64,000 bases of DNA from a bacterium. GTDB lineage: Bacteria > Patescibacteriota > Minisyncoccia > Phycocordibacterales > UBA9973. A program made the translations under genes and the position numbers. Numbering within the stretch: the first letter of the stretch is position 1; each line of letters opens with the position of its first letter. Positions 1 to 9,690 of the stretch are shown piece by piece. A model generated the notes under the pieces. That model worked only from the letters and a program-made list of their open reading frames with translations, had not been told where the DNA came from and searched no databases. The stretch lies in contig JAIXRY010000015.1 of the NCBI GenBank assembly GCA_027484965.1, positions 1,622 through 65,621 on the forward strand, read 5' to 3'.

Positions 1-61
1 CACAGTTTCAGAAAGAGAAATCGCCTCGTGAATACAAACACTGGGCACACTTTAATTTTTT

Positions 62-406
62 ATGACAAGATCACTCAAAAAAGGCCCATTCGTTGACGAA
101 AAGCTCCTCAAAAAAATTGAGGGCAAAAAACCGTTAGAAACTGGTGTTATTAAAACATGGTCACGTAGAAGTCAGATTCCACCAGAAATGGTAGGGTTCA
201 CTTTTGGCGTGCACAATGGAAAAAACCACATTGAAGTTCTCGTAACTGAAGATATGGTTGGACACCGTCTTGGTGAATTTTCTCCAACACGTAAATTTAC
301 ACGTCATGGAGGTAAAATGCAAAAAGACCTCGACCAAAAGAAAAAGGAATCAGAAATTGCTGCAGCTAAAGCCGCAAAATCTTCTGGCGACTCTAAAAAG
401 AAATAA
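62..406 (+). CDS. rpsS: 30S ribosomal protein S19 (with C-terminal extension)
   Basis: [30 protein letters not shown] motifs; S10 operon order. Confidence 0.98.
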   Translation: MTRSLKKGPFVDEKLLKKIEGKKPLETGVIKTWSRRSQIPPEMVGFTFGVHNGKNHIEVLVTEDMVGHRLGEFSPTRKFTRHGGKMQKDLDQKKKESEIAAAKAAKSSGDSKKK

Positions 407-426
407 TTATTTATTAATCAACCTGT

Positions 427-792
427 ATGAAAGCTATACTTAAAAATTATCGCCAAGCACCACGAAAAGTTCGTCTAGTGGGAAATCTCATAAAAGGGAA
501 GCGTGTTTCTGACGCTCTCGTAGAATTAGAATTCCTTGCAAAACGCGCATCTCTCCCTCTCCAAAAACTTATTAGTTCTGCTGCTGCAAATGCAGTTAAG
601 AATAATGGTGCAGACCCTGAATTATTGGTTGTAAAAAACGTTACAGTTGATAAAGGTTTGGTTATGAAGCGTTTTATGCCACGTGCTCGTGGTTCTGCTT
701 CTCCAATACACAAACACTCAAGTCATGTATCTATAGAGCTCGCACAGGTCGAAAAGAAAGAAAAAAAATCTAAAGCTAAAGCTTCAAAATAA
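427..792 (+). CDS. rplV: 50S ribosomal protein L22
   Basis: RQAPRKVRLV, KRFMPRARGSA motifs; synteny. Confidence 0.98.
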   Translation: MKAILKNYRQAPRKVRLVGNLIKGKRVSDALVELEFLAKRASLPLQKLISSAAANAVKNNGADPELLVVKNVTVDKGLVMKRFMPRARGSASPIHKHSSHVSIELAQVEKKEKKSKAKASK

Positions 793-795
793 TTT

Positions 796-1470
796 ATGTC
801 AAAAGTTGTACACCCATTTTCACACCGTCTCGTAGTGCTTCGTGATTGGAAATCACGCTGGTTTGCTACTGGTCAAAAATATAATGAATTCCTAAAGACA
901 GATGTTCTTGTTCGTGAATTTCTCGCAAAACGTCTTCGTGGCTTCTATGTATCACAAGTAATAATAGAAAGAAATCAAAAACAAACTCGTATCGCTCTAC
1001 ACACTTCACGCCCAGGAATGATTATTGGACGTCAAGGTGAAGGTATTGAAAAACTCAAAAAAGATTTGAGTAAATTCATGCAAAGACAAGACCTTAAGGT
1101 TCTTGGTGAAGTAAAAGTTGATGTTGTTGAAATCAGTGAACCAGACGCAGATGCTGCAATCGTAGCATACGCCGTTGCTGAAGGCTTAGAAAAACGTCTT
1201 CCTTTCCGTCGTGTTTTGAAACAAACAATTGATCGTGTGATGCAAGTTCGTAATGTAAAAGGAGCTCGTATCTACGTTACAGGTCGTTTAGGTGGTGCTG
1301 ATATCGCACGTAGTGAACAAGTAAAGCGTGGTTCTATTCCACTCCAAACTTTCCGTGCTGATGTTGACTTCGCTCGTGAAAAAGCACATATGCCATATGG
1401 AGATCTTGGTATTAAGGTTTGGATTTACCGTGGTGATGTTTTTAATGATAAGGACTCTAAAATAAATTAA
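796..1470 (+). CDS. rpsC: 30S ribosomal protein S3
   Basis: SRPGMIIGRQG KH motif, GRLGGADIARSE, PLQTFRADVD. Confidence 0.98.
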   Translation: MSKVVHPFSHRLVVLRDWKSRWFATGQKYNEFLKTDVLVREFLAKRLRGFYVSQVIIERNQKQTRIALHTSRPGMIIGRQGEGIEKLKKDLSKFMQRQDLKVLGEVKVDVVEISEPDADAAIVAYAVAEGLEKRLPFRRVLKQTIDRVMQVRNVKGARIYVTGRLGGADIARSEQVKRGSIPLQTFRADVDFAREKAHMPYGDLGIKVWIYRGDVFNDKDSKIN

Positions 1471-1476
1471 ACGCGT

Positions 1477-1896
1477 ATGTTATTCCCAAAGAAAGTAAAA
1501 TTTAGAAAGTGGCAAACAGATCGTAGAGATATGTCAAAAGCACCTCATGATACAAGAGGTACGACCATTGCTTTTGGTTCATACGCCCTCAAAGCCGAAA
1601 CAGCTGCACGTGTTCGTTCAAATCAAATTGAATCTGCTCGTAAAGTTGCAACAAGAACAATTACAAAAGTAGGACGTCTCTGGATTCGTATTTTTCCTGA
1701 CAGACCATTCACTGCAAAACCAGCAGAAGTAGGTATGGGAAAAGGAAAGGGAGACCCACAAGGATACTGTTTCGAAGTACTCCCAGGTCGTATTATATTT
1801 GAAGTTGATGGTGTGACAGAAGAAGTTGCCCGCGAAGCCCTCCGTAAAGCAGGTACAAAACTTCCAGTTAAAACACGTATAATTTCACGCCAATAA
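1477..1896 (+). CDS. rplP: 50S ribosomal protein L16
   Basis: [32 protein letters not shown]. Confidence 0.98.
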   Translation: MLFPKKVKFRKWQTDRRDMSKAPHDTRGTTIAFGSYALKAETAARVRSNQIESARKVATRTITKVGRLWIRIFPDRPFTAKPAEVGMGKGKGDPQGYCFEVLPGRIIFEVDGVTEEVAREALRKAGTKLPVKTRIISRQ

Positions 1897-1901
1897 TATT
1901 T

Positions 1902-2144
1902 ATGGAAAAAACAAACACAAAAACAAAAAAGACTCTTGATGGTATTGTTGTATCAGACAAAATGACAAAAACAATTGTTGTTACTGTTGATACTTTCAAA
2001 AAACACCAAAAGTACCAAAAGTACTACAAAATAACAAAGCGTTACAAGGCGCGTGATGAAGAAGGTAAGTACAAGGTCGGTGACAAGGTTACTATCATGG
2101 AAACACGTCCACTCTCAAAAGACGTTCATTTTATCGTCCAATAA
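1902..2144 (+). CDS. rpsQ: 30S ribosomal protein S17
   Basis: [21 protein letters not shown]. Confidence 0.97.
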   Translation: MEKTNTKTKKTLDGIVVSDKMTKTIVVTVDTFKKHQKYQKYYKITKRYKARDEEGKYKVGDKVTIMETRPLSKDVHFIVQ

Positions 2145-2162
2145 TTTTTAATATATAGGCTT

Positions 2163-2534
2163 ATGATACAAGATGGAACAGTAGTAAAAATCGCAGACAA
2201 CTCCGGAGGTAAAATCGGGAAAGTTTTCAAAGTGCTCAATGGCGCACATCGTCGTTATGCAGGACTTGGAGACCTCGTTATTATTTCTGTAAAAGTTGCA
2301 GAACCTAGAAAAGGTGTAAAAAAGAAAGACGTTTGCCAAGCTGTGGTTGTTCGTCAAAGAAATGCACACCGTCGTGCTGATGGATCATACATCCGCTTCG
2401 ATGAAAACGCAGTAGTTATCCTTGATAAAGGTAAAAAAGAACCAAAAGGAGGTCGTATTTTCGGTCCAATTCCAAGAGAGATCGCGGAACGTGGATATCA
2501 AAAAATAGTATCACTTGCCCCAGAGGTAATTTAA
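2163..2534 (+). CDS. rplN: 50S ribosomal protein L14
   Basis: [26 protein letters not shown]. Confidence 0.98.
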   Translation: MIQDGTVVKIADNSGGKIGKVFKVLNGAHRRYAGLGDLVIISVKVAEPRKGVKKKDVCQAVVVRQRNAHRRADGSYIRFDENAVVILDKGKKEPKGGRIFGPIPREIAERGYQKIVSLAPEVI

Positions 2535-2539
2535 ATTGT

Positions 2540-2755
2540 ATGAAAATAAAGAAAGGAGATAAAATTGAAGTAATAGCAGGAGATGATAAGGGAACAAAAG
2601 GAACAGTTCTTAAGGCTTTTCCTCTTTTAAATAAAGTACTTGTTGAAGGTGTTAATATTGTAAAGAAGCATCAAAAATCACGTGTTAGTGGTGCTAAAGG
2701 TACAATAGTCGAAAAACCTCTACCTATTCACGCTTCTAATGTTAAAAAAGTATAA
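2540..2755 (+). CDS. rplX: 50S ribosomal protein L24 (short, 71 aa)
   Basis: [18 protein letters not shown] motif, [17 protein letters not shown]. Confidence 0.96.
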   Translation: MKIKKGDKIEVIAGDDKGTKGTVLKAFPLLNKVLVEGVNIVKKHQKSRVSGAKGTIVEKPLPIHASNVKKV

Positions 2756-2765
2756 CTAAAATTAT

Positions 2766-3305
2766 ATGCAAACAGTAAAAGAAAAAGAGAATAATATTTT
2801 TGATGTTATGAAAGGAGAGTTTGGCTACAAAAACAAACTCGCTGCACCAAGATTTGTAAAGGTTGTAGTTTCTTCAGGAACAGGTACAAAAATGAAAAGA
2901 GATCGTGGGACTAATGATTTAGTTTCAGACCGTCTTTCAAAAATCACAGGACAAAAAACAGCTGTTCGTGGAGCAAAGCAATCAGTTGCAAGTTTCAAAA
3001 TTCGTGAAGGGGATCCAATCGGTGTTACTGTAACACTTCGCGGAGCTACTATGTACTCTTTCCTAGAAAAGCTTATCAATGTTGCAATTCCTCGTACAAA
3101 AGACTTTCGTGGTCTAGACAGTAAATCAGTGGACGCTATTGGTAATATGACTATGGCTGTTCGTGAACACACTATCTTCCCAGAATGTACAGACGAAGAA
3201 CTCAAAGATGTATTCGGATTCAGTATTACTATGGTAACTACTGCAAAAGATAAAAAAGAAGCAACAGCTTTCTTTTCAAACATCGGAATGCCTTTCAAAA
3301 AATAA
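2766..3305 (+). CDS. rplE: 50S ribosomal protein L5
   Basis: ITGQK, SVASFKIREG, IPRTKDFRG, IFPE. Confidence 0.98.
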   Translation: MQTVKEKENNIFDVMKGEFGYKNKLAAPRFVKVVVSSGTGTKMKRDRGTNDLVSDRLSKITGQKTAVRGAKQSVASFKIREGDPIGVTVTLRGATMYSFLEKLINVAIPRTKDFRGLDSKSVDAIGNMTMAVREHTIFPECTDEELKDVFGFSITMVTTAKDKKEATAFFSNIGMPFKK

Positions 3306-3312
3306 GCATTCA

Positions 3313-3348
3313 AATAAAAGACCCTCACTTAGGTGAGGGTCTTTTATT
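3313..3348 (+). terminator. Intrinsic terminator after rplE
   Basis: aataaaagaccctcac-ttag-gtgagggtcttttatt perfect inverted repeat with U tract. Confidence 0.85.
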
Positions 3349-3392
3349 ATTTTAATTTATGTGTTATAATGCTTGGGAACAATTATAAAAAA

Positions 3393-4058
3393 ATGAGTAC
3401 TTATACAATTTACGCTTTGACCGCTCTGGGAGTGATTTTAGTAACACTTTTTATTTTTAAAAAGTTTATTCCTTCAGAATTTGATTTCTTTTTTACAAGA
3501 ACAAATCTACAAAATCTGCAAAATGGTCTTACTTTTGACCCTTCTCTTACTTTTTTTCGTCTAAAAAAACATTATGATGAAAAGGTTAAAAACGAAAAAG
3601 TTTTTAAATTTTCTCCACAAAAAATGGAAAAATTTAAAAATTCAGCTACGAATGTTTTGGTAAAACATATTATTAACGATGCTAAAAATTCTGGACTTGG
3701 AGTTTCTGCAGTTTTAATAAAAAAACTTGAAGGATCTTGTGAGGTATGTAGAAAAACTGAATATGAAGTTTTGGGATCTGTTTTACAAGGTTTGTCACAC
3801 CATAAAGATTTGCTAACTGCTTTAAAAGAAGAGCTTTCTGTTTATGAAAAAAATCTAGAAGAATCTAGTATAAAAGAAGATCCACTAAAAATTAAAGCTA
3901 TTTGTGTAAATAAATTAATTTTTTTCTTTGTAAACTTAAGGTCTGTTAATTCAGAAACAAAGTTACTTGATCTATTTGAGGCTGATCATAAAAGATTAAG
4001 CCATATTGTAGATTTGAAACCGCAAGGCTTTATTGTTAAAGAACAAAAAAGCGCTTAA
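3393..4058 (+). CDS. Hypothetical protein with N-terminal TM helix, inserted in the spc cluster
   Basis: Long ORF; hydrophobic YALTALGVILVTLFIF; upstream tgttataat; start uncertain (3369 or 3393). Confidence 0.7.
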   Translation: MSTYTIYALTALGVILVTLFIFKKFIPSEFDFFFTRTNLQNLQNGLTFDPSLTFFRLKKHYDEKVKNEKVFKFSPQKMEKFKNSATNVLVKHIINDAKNSGLGVSAVLIKKLEGSCEVCRKTEYEVLGSVLQGLSHHKDLLTALKEELSVYEKNLEESSIKEDPLKIKAICVNKLIFFFVNLRSVNSETKLLDLFEADHKRLSHIVDLKPQGFIVKEQKSA

Positions 4059-4082
4059 CCCTCTTAATTGAGGGTTTTTTTA

Positions 4083-4111
4083 TTGACAAAATGCCTTGAT
4101 TTTGCTATTAT
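4083..4111 (+). promoter_or_regulatory. sigma70 promoter for rpsN-secY
   Basis: TTGACA-17 bp-TATTAT with extended TG. Confidence 0.75.
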
Positions 4112-4267
4112 AGGCAAACCTAATTGGTAGATCCATTACTCTCCTTAAGACCTTGTTTTTAATAAGTATTTAAGAAAAATAGTGTGATATCCCTTTTTGG
4201 TTTAGCCTCAGGTTATACATTGAGGAATCTTTATTAGAAACTAGTATAAAACTAGATAGTTAATTTT

Positions 4268-4453
4268 ATGGCAAAAACATCAGTATTAGCACGTGCAGCA
4301 AAAAAACAAAAATATCCGGTTCGCGCAAAGAATCGCTGTTTTAAGTGTGGTCGTGGTCATGGATATATGAGAGACTTCGGTCTTTGTCGTATATGTTTCC
4401 GTGAGCTTGCAAACGAAGGTATGATTCCTGGAGTTCGCAAATCTTCTTGGTAG
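4268..4453 (+). CDS. rpsN: 30S ribosomal protein S14, zinc-binding type
   Basis: RCFKCGR...[16 protein letters not shown]; 61 aa. Confidence 0.98.
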   Translation: MAKTSVLARAAKKQKYPVRAKNRCFKCGRGHGYMRDFGLCRICFRELANEGMIPGVRKSSW

Positions 4454-4474
4454 TTTAATTTTAAAAAATATTTT

Positions 4475-4861
4475 ATGGACCGTATTGGAGACATGTTAAA
4501 TATGATCAAGCTTGCAGGTAAGGCTAAACACCCTATCGCAACAATCCCGCATTCAAAGCAAAAACTTGCTATTTTAGAATGCTTATTAAAAGCTGGTTAC
4601 ATCGCAGGATTATCTGTTCGTACAGAAAAAGGATTTCCTGTTATTGATGTAACTATTCGTTATGAAAATGATGCACCTCGTATTCACGAAGTTGCTCGTA
4701 TTTCAAAACCATCTCGTCGTTTGTACACTTCATCAAAGGATCTACGTCCTTTCCATGGTGGACACGGATCACAAATTCTCTCAACACCAAAGGGGATTTT
4801 GACAGACAAGGAGGCAAAAAAACAACAGGTCGGAGGTGAAATTCTTCTTAGTATTTGGTAA
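4475..4861 (+). CDS. rpsH: 30S ribosomal protein S8
   Basis: RISKPSRRLY, ILSTPKGILTD, GGEIL. Confidence 0.97.
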   Translation: MDRIGDMLNMIKLAGKAKHPIATIPHSKQKLAILECLLKAGYIAGLSVRTEKGFPVIDVTIRYENDAPRIHEVARISKPSRRLYTSSKDLRPFHGGHGSQILSTPKGILTDKEAKKQQVGGEILLSIW

Positions 4862-4872
4862 TTTACACATTT

Positions 4873-5406
4873 ATGTCACGTATAGGAAAACAACTCATTC
4901 AAATTCCACAAGGTGTTACAGTAACTATTTCTCCAGACGAAGTAGTTGTTGCAGGACCTCTTGGAACACTCAAGAAAAATACTCTTGATTTGGTAGCTAT
5001 CTCACAACAAGATGGTGTGCTTACATTTACTCCAAGAAAGACAGATAAATTCTCTCGCTCACTTTGGGGAACATATGCTTCACATGTTGAAAATATGATC
5101 CAAGGTGTTGTGACTCCATTCGTTAAAAAACTCATCTTAGAAGGTGTTGGGTTTAAGAGTGAGGTAAAAGGAACAGATCTTCATCTTGCTCTTGGATTTT
5201 CACATCCAGTAGTAGTAGCGATTCCACAAGGACTCACAGTTACTGCAGAAAAGAACAATATTACTGTTACAGGAATCGACAAAGATCTCGTTGGATTTTT
5301 CACGGCTCATGTTCGTTCTTTGAAGAAACCAGAACCTTACAAAGGTAAAGGTTTCCGTTACAGTGATGAAATTATTCGTCGAAAAGCTGGTAAAAAATCT
5401 GCATAG
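4873..5406 (+). CDS. rplF: 50S ribosomal protein L6
   Basis: MSRIGK start, LGFSHP, PEPYKGKG. Confidence 0.98.
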   Translation: MSRIGKQLIQIPQGVTVTISPDEVVVAGPLGTLKKNTLDLVAISQQDGVLTFTPRKTDKFSRSLWGTYASHVENMIQGVVTPFVKKLILEGVGFKSEVKGTDLHLALGFSHPVVVAIPQGLTVTAEKNNITVTGIDKDLVGFFTAHVRSLKKPEPYKGKGFRYSDEIIRRKAGKKSA

Positions 5407-5421
5407 TCTTAATATACATAT

Positions 5422-5772
5422 ATGAATACATTACAGAAAAAAACAGAAAAACGTCTTCGTCTTAAGAAAAAGATTCGTAGTAAAATCTTTGGTACAGCGG
5501 AACTTCCACGTCTTACAGTGTTCCGTTCTAACATCCACATCTACGCTCAACTTATCGATGACACAAAAGGTAACACTCTTTGCTCATTCTCTGATATGGG
5601 TATAAAAGATGGTACTAAAAAAGATCACGCACTTCTAGTTGGAAAAGGAATCGCAGAAGTAGCAAAAAAGGCAGGTATCACTAGTGTTGTTTTTGACCGT
5701 AACGGTTTTAAATACACAGGTCGTGTAAAAATATTAGCTGATGCAGCCCGAGAGGGAGGACTTACATTTTAA
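5422..5772 (+). CDS. rplR: 50S ribosomal protein L18
   Basis: [28 protein letters not shown]. Confidence 0.98.
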   Translation: MNTLQKKTEKRLRLKKKIRSKIFGTAELPRLTVFRSNIHIYAQLIDDTKGNTLCSFSDMGIKDGTKKDHALLVGKGIAEVAKKAGITSVVFDRNGFKYTGRVKILADAAREGGLTF

Positions 5773-5777
5773 TTTTT

Positions 5778-6398
5778 ATGCCTACACCACAAAAAACAAC
5801 AACAACATCATCATCAAACAGACCAGGTTCACGCGGACCAGGATCTAATGGACCAAGACGTCCAGGTGGAAAAGAAGGAGGTCGCACTTATGCAGATCGC
5901 CCAAAGCCAGAATTTGATCAAAAAATTCTAGATATTCGTCGCGTTACTCGTGTTATGGCAGGAGGTCGTCGTATGACTTTTGCTGTAGCAATGGTTATTG
6001 GTGACAAAAAAGGTTCAGTTGGACTTGGTACTGGTAAAGGAGCTGATACAGCGCTTGCTATTGCGAAAGCTTTGAAGAGTGCTCGTAAAGCAATGATTAC
6101 TATCAAGACAACAAAAGACATGTCTTTGCCTCATGAAATAAAAGCAAAAGAAACAAGTTCACAAGTATTCTTGATGCCTAACAAAGGAAAAGGTCTTGTA
6201 GCTGGTTCTGCTGTTCGTGATATTCTTACACTTGCAGGATTGAAGAATGTTACTGCAAAAATTCATTCAGGAAGTAAAAACCGTTTGAATAATGGTCGTG
6301 CAACAATGAAAGCACTTGCTCTTGTTTCTACAAAAAAGAAACATGGTCTTCCAGAAGCAGTTGCTGTTCCAGAAGTAACTCCTGCAATAGAAAAATAA
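5778..6398 (+). CDS. rpsE: 30S ribosomal protein S5 (low-complexity N-terminal extension)
   Basis: RVTRVMAGGRR, VIGDKKGSVGLGTGK. Confidence 0.97.
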   Translation: MPTPQKTTTTSSSNRPGSRGPGSNGPRRPGGKEGGRTYADRPKPEFDQKILDIRRVTRVMAGGRRMTFAVAMVIGDKKGSVGLGTGKGADTALAIAKALKSARKAMITIKTTKDMSLPHEIKAKETSSQVFLMPNKGKGLVAGSAVRDILTLAGLKNVTAKIHSGSKNRLNNGRATMKALALVSTKKKHGLPEAVAVPEVTPAIEK

Positions 6399-6409
6399 TT
6401 TAAAGGCTT

Positions 6410-6853
6410 ATGCAAATGAACACAATTTCTCGTACAATTTCAAATAAAAAAGCAAAAGTAGTTGGACGTGGGGGAGCTCGCGGTAAAACTTCAGGACGCG
6501 GAGGAAAAGGACAAACAGCTCGCGCTGGTAACAAAACTCGCCCTCAAATGCGTGACATCATCAAGAAACTTCCAAAACTTCGTGGACGTGGTAAGAATAG
6601 TAACAAATCAATTACAGAAAAACCTGTAGTAGTTACTCTTGCAACTCTCGAAAAAATCTTTGACACAGGATCAAGAATTAATCCTAGTGTACTACTTGAG
6701 AAGAGACTTATCAGTCGCACACAAGGAGTCCTTCCTGCTGTTAAGATTCTTGCAACAGGTACTCTTACTAAAAAACTTATTGTTACTAGTGAATGTCTCG
6801 TGAGTGCTGCAGCTCGTGTACAAATAGAGGCAGCCGGCGGGAAGGTTTACTAA
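6410..6853 (+). CDS. rplO: 50S ribosomal protein L15
   Basis: VGRGGARGKTSGRGGKGQTARAG, IEAAGG. Confidence 0.97.
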   Translation: MQMNTISRTISNKKAKVVGRGGARGKTSGRGGKGQTARAGNKTRPQMRDIIKKLPKLRGRGKNSNKSITEKPVVVTLATLEKIFDTGSRINPSVLLEKRLISRTQGVLPAVKILATGTLTKKLIVTSECLVSAAARVQIEAAGGKVY

Positions 6854-6865
6854 AACCTAAACTCT

Positions 6866-8137
6866 ATGGATACCTTTATTCTTAAACTAAAAAATTTATG
6901 GAACGATTCTCAATTGAGAAATCGTATCATCGTAGTTATATTGATGCTTGTGGTGTTCCGTGCACTTGCTTCAATCCCAGTTCCAGGAGTAGATGTAGGA
7001 CGTCTTTCAGCGCTTCTTGCTAATAATCAATTCTTTGGTGCACTTAACGTATTTTCTGGAGGAGGACTTTCAACTCTTTCTATTCTAATGCTTGGTGTTG
7101 GTCCATATATTACAGCTTCTATCATTATGCAACTTTTGACTATGATGATTCCAAGTCTGAAGTCTATGTATCAAGAAGAAGGTGAGATTGGACGTATAAA
7201 ATTTACTCAATACTCACGCTTCCTTACTATTCCTCTTGCTGCACTTCAAGGATTTTCACTTCTATTGCTTCTTTCAAAGCAAGGAGTGATTCCAGGACTC
7301 GATCAATTTGGATATTTCCTAAGTATCTCTGTTATTGTTGCTGGTTCAATGCTCCTTATGTGGATTGGAGAACTTCTTTCAGAATTCGGTATTGGAAATG
7401 GAATATCACTTCTAATATTCGCTGGTATCGTAGCTTCTGTTCCTACACATATTAGTCAATTACTTTATACATTTGACGCTTCACAAATACCTACACTTCT
7501 AGCGTTTGTGGGTGCAGGTATTCTTGTTATTGCTGGTGTTGTATATATTACAGAAGCAGAAAGATTGATTCCTATTACTTATACAAAACAAGTAAAGGGA
7601 AGCCGTGTGGTTGGTGGAAATTCAACATACCTCCCACTTAAACTTAATCAAGCAGGAGTTATTCCAATAATTTTTGCGCTCTCAATCTTGTTATTTCCAC
7701 AACTCATTGCAACTTTCTTGAGTGGAATGGAAAGTGCTACAGCTCAATCAGTGGCAAGATCTCTTACACTGTTTTTGCAAAGTACATGGTTATACTCTCT
7801 TGTATACTTCATACTCGTAACTCTCTTCACTTACTTCTACACTGCTGTTACTTTTGACCCAGAACAAATGGCTACAAACTTACAAAAGAATGGAGCATTT
7901 ATTCCAGGAATTCGTCCAGGACAATCAACAACAGAGTACCTTACAAAATTAGTTACTAAACTCACTTTTGTAGGAGCTATATTCCTTGGAATCGTAGCGG
8001 TATTGCCACTTATTGTGAGAACACTTACAGGTATTAATTCTGTTGCTCTTGGAGGTACCGCGCTTTTGATTGTTGTCTCTGTTGTTCTTGATTTGATCAA
8101 GCGTACAGATGCACAGCTTTCATTACAAGAATACTAA
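6866..8137 (+). CDS. secY: Preprotein translocase SecY
   Basis: LGVGPYITASIIMQLL, GIGNGISLLIF, FIPGIRPG, GGTALLIVV. Confidence 0.99.
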   Translation: MDTFILKLKNLWNDSQLRNRIIVVILMLVVFRALASIPVPGVDVGRLSALLANNQFFGALNVFSGGGLSTLSILMLGVGPYITASIIMQLLTMMIPSLKSMYQEEGEIGRIKFTQYSRFLTIPLAALQGFSLLLLLSKQGVIPGLDQFGYFLSISVIVAGSMLLMWIGELLSEFGIGNGISLLIFAGIVASVPTHISQLLYTFDASQIPTLLAFVGAGILVIAGVVYITEAERLIPITYTKQVKGSRVVGGNSTYLPLKLNQAGVIPIIFALSILLFPQLIATFLSGMESATAQSVARSLTLFLQSTWLYSLVYFILVTLFTYFYTAVTFDPEQMATNLQKNGAFIPGIRPGQSTTEYLTKLVTKLTFVGAIFLGIVAVLPLIVRTLTGINSVALGGTALLIVVSVVLDLIKRTDAQLSLQEY

Positions 8138-8256
8138 GAATAGTTACCAGTAATCAGTAACAAATAACTAGTAAAATACAAGACAACAAAAGCGGGACCC
8201 GAAGGGTTCTGCTTTTGTTTTGTGCGTAAATTTATTAATTATTGTATACTTATTTT

Positions 8257-8844
8257 ATGGAACCATACACAATTCTTTTCTTTGGTCGCACAGGAGCAGG
8301 AAAAGGCACTCAAGCTCATCTTCTTCAAGATTACCTAAGAGAGCAAAAAAAGGAAGTTTTATACATAGAAACAGGAGCACGTTTTCGTCTTTTTACGGAA
8401 GAACCTTCCTATACCGCAAAATACACTAAAAAGATTCTTGAAGACGGAGGGCTTTTACCTGATTTTCTTCCTGTTGCACTTTGGGGAAGAATTTTTATGG
8501 AAGAATACAGAGGTGATGAAAACATAATTCTAGATGGACTTGCACGTCGTGAAAATGAAGCAGTTCTTCTTGATTCTGCACTTTCATTTTTTCAAAGAAA
8601 AAACACATATGTTTTAGATATTAATATTTCTAGAGAGTGGGCAGAAAATGTTTTGAAAACAAGAGGGAGAGCAGACGATGATAGTGAAGATATAAAACAT
8701 AAAATGGAGTGGTTTGAACTAAATACTATTCCAGCAATCAATCATTTTAAAAATAATAGTGCTTATACATTTATAGAAATTAATGGCGAGCAAACAATAG
8801 AACAAGTTCATAATGATATTTTAAAAGCATTAAAGATTGTTTAA
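8257..8844 (+). CDS. adk: Adenylate/nucleoside monophosphate kinase (short lid)
   Basis: P-loop GRTGAGKGTQA, ILDG, RGRADD; follows secY. Confidence 0.88.
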   Translation: MEPYTILFFGRTGAGKGTQAHLLQDYLREQKKEVLYIETGARFRLFTEEPSYTAKYTKKILEDGGLLPDFLPVALWGRIFMEEYRGDENIILDGLARRENEAVLLDSALSFFQRKNTYVLDINISREWAENVLKTRGRADDDSEDIKHKMEWFELNTIPAINHFKNNSAYTFIEINGEQTIEQVHNDILKALKIV

Positions 8845-8845
8845 T

Positions 8846-9613
8846 ATGGCAGTAATTATTAAAACAAAAGAACAAATAGATATTCTCAGGCAAGGAGGAA
8901 AAAGACTAGCTGAAGTTGTTCACAAGGTATCTCAAAAAGCGTTACCGGGAGTCACTACAGACGAGCTTGATACATACGCATACGAGCTTATTGTCTCTAT
9001 GGGAGATAAGCCTGCTTTTTTGAATTATAAGCCAGAAGGAGCACCTTATGCTTTTCCTAAGACACTTTGCATTTCTGTAAATGATGAAGTTGTTCATGGA
9101 ATACCAGGAGAAAAAGTTTTGAAGAATGGAGATATTGTCTCTATTGATTGTGGAATAAATCATGGAGGACTTTTTACAGATCATGCTGTTACTGTGGTGG
9201 TAGGAGAAACAACAAAAGAATCATACAGACTTATTGAAGCTGCAACATTATCTCTTGAAGCGGGAATAGAAGCTATAGTCCCAGGTGCTCGTATTGGTGA
9301 TATTTCTTCTGCAATAGAAAAGGTTATAAAACCTTATAAGTTTGGAATAATAAAAGAGCTTGCAGGTCATGGTGTGGGTGTAAAAATTCACGAAGATCCA
9401 TACATACCAAATTATGGAAAAGCTGGAACTGGTCTTGTTCTCAAACCAGGAATGGTTATAGCTATAGAGCCTATGATTAATATAGGAAAACAGTCTATAA
9501 CTATTGCACGTGACGGTTGGACTATTAAAACCAAAGACAGATCAAGAAGTGCTCACATGGAACACACTGTACTTATTACAGAGACTGGTGCCGAGATTCT
9601 TACTATGATGTAA
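8846..9613 (+). CDS. map: Methionine aminopeptidase type I
   Basis: CISVNDEVVHGIP, GHGVG..IHEDP, AIEPM, SAHMEHT. Confidence 0.98.
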   Translation: MAVIIKTKEQIDILRQGGKRLAEVVHKVSQKALPGVTTDELDTYAYELIVSMGDKPAFLNYKPEGAPYAFPKTLCISVNDEVVHGIPGEKVLKNGDIVSIDCGINHGGLFTDHAVTVVVGETTKESYRLIEAATLSLEAGIEAIVPGARIGDISSAIEKVIKPYKFGIIKELAGHGVGVKIHEDPYIPNYGKAGTGLVLKPGMVIAIEPMINIGKQSITIARDGWTIKTKDRSRSAHMEHTVLITETGAEILTMM

Positions 9614-9690
9614 ATAAAAACCACAAACATATGTTTGTGGTTTTTATTATCACAGAGCATATTAAAATTTGTATGTTAAAATAAATTCAT

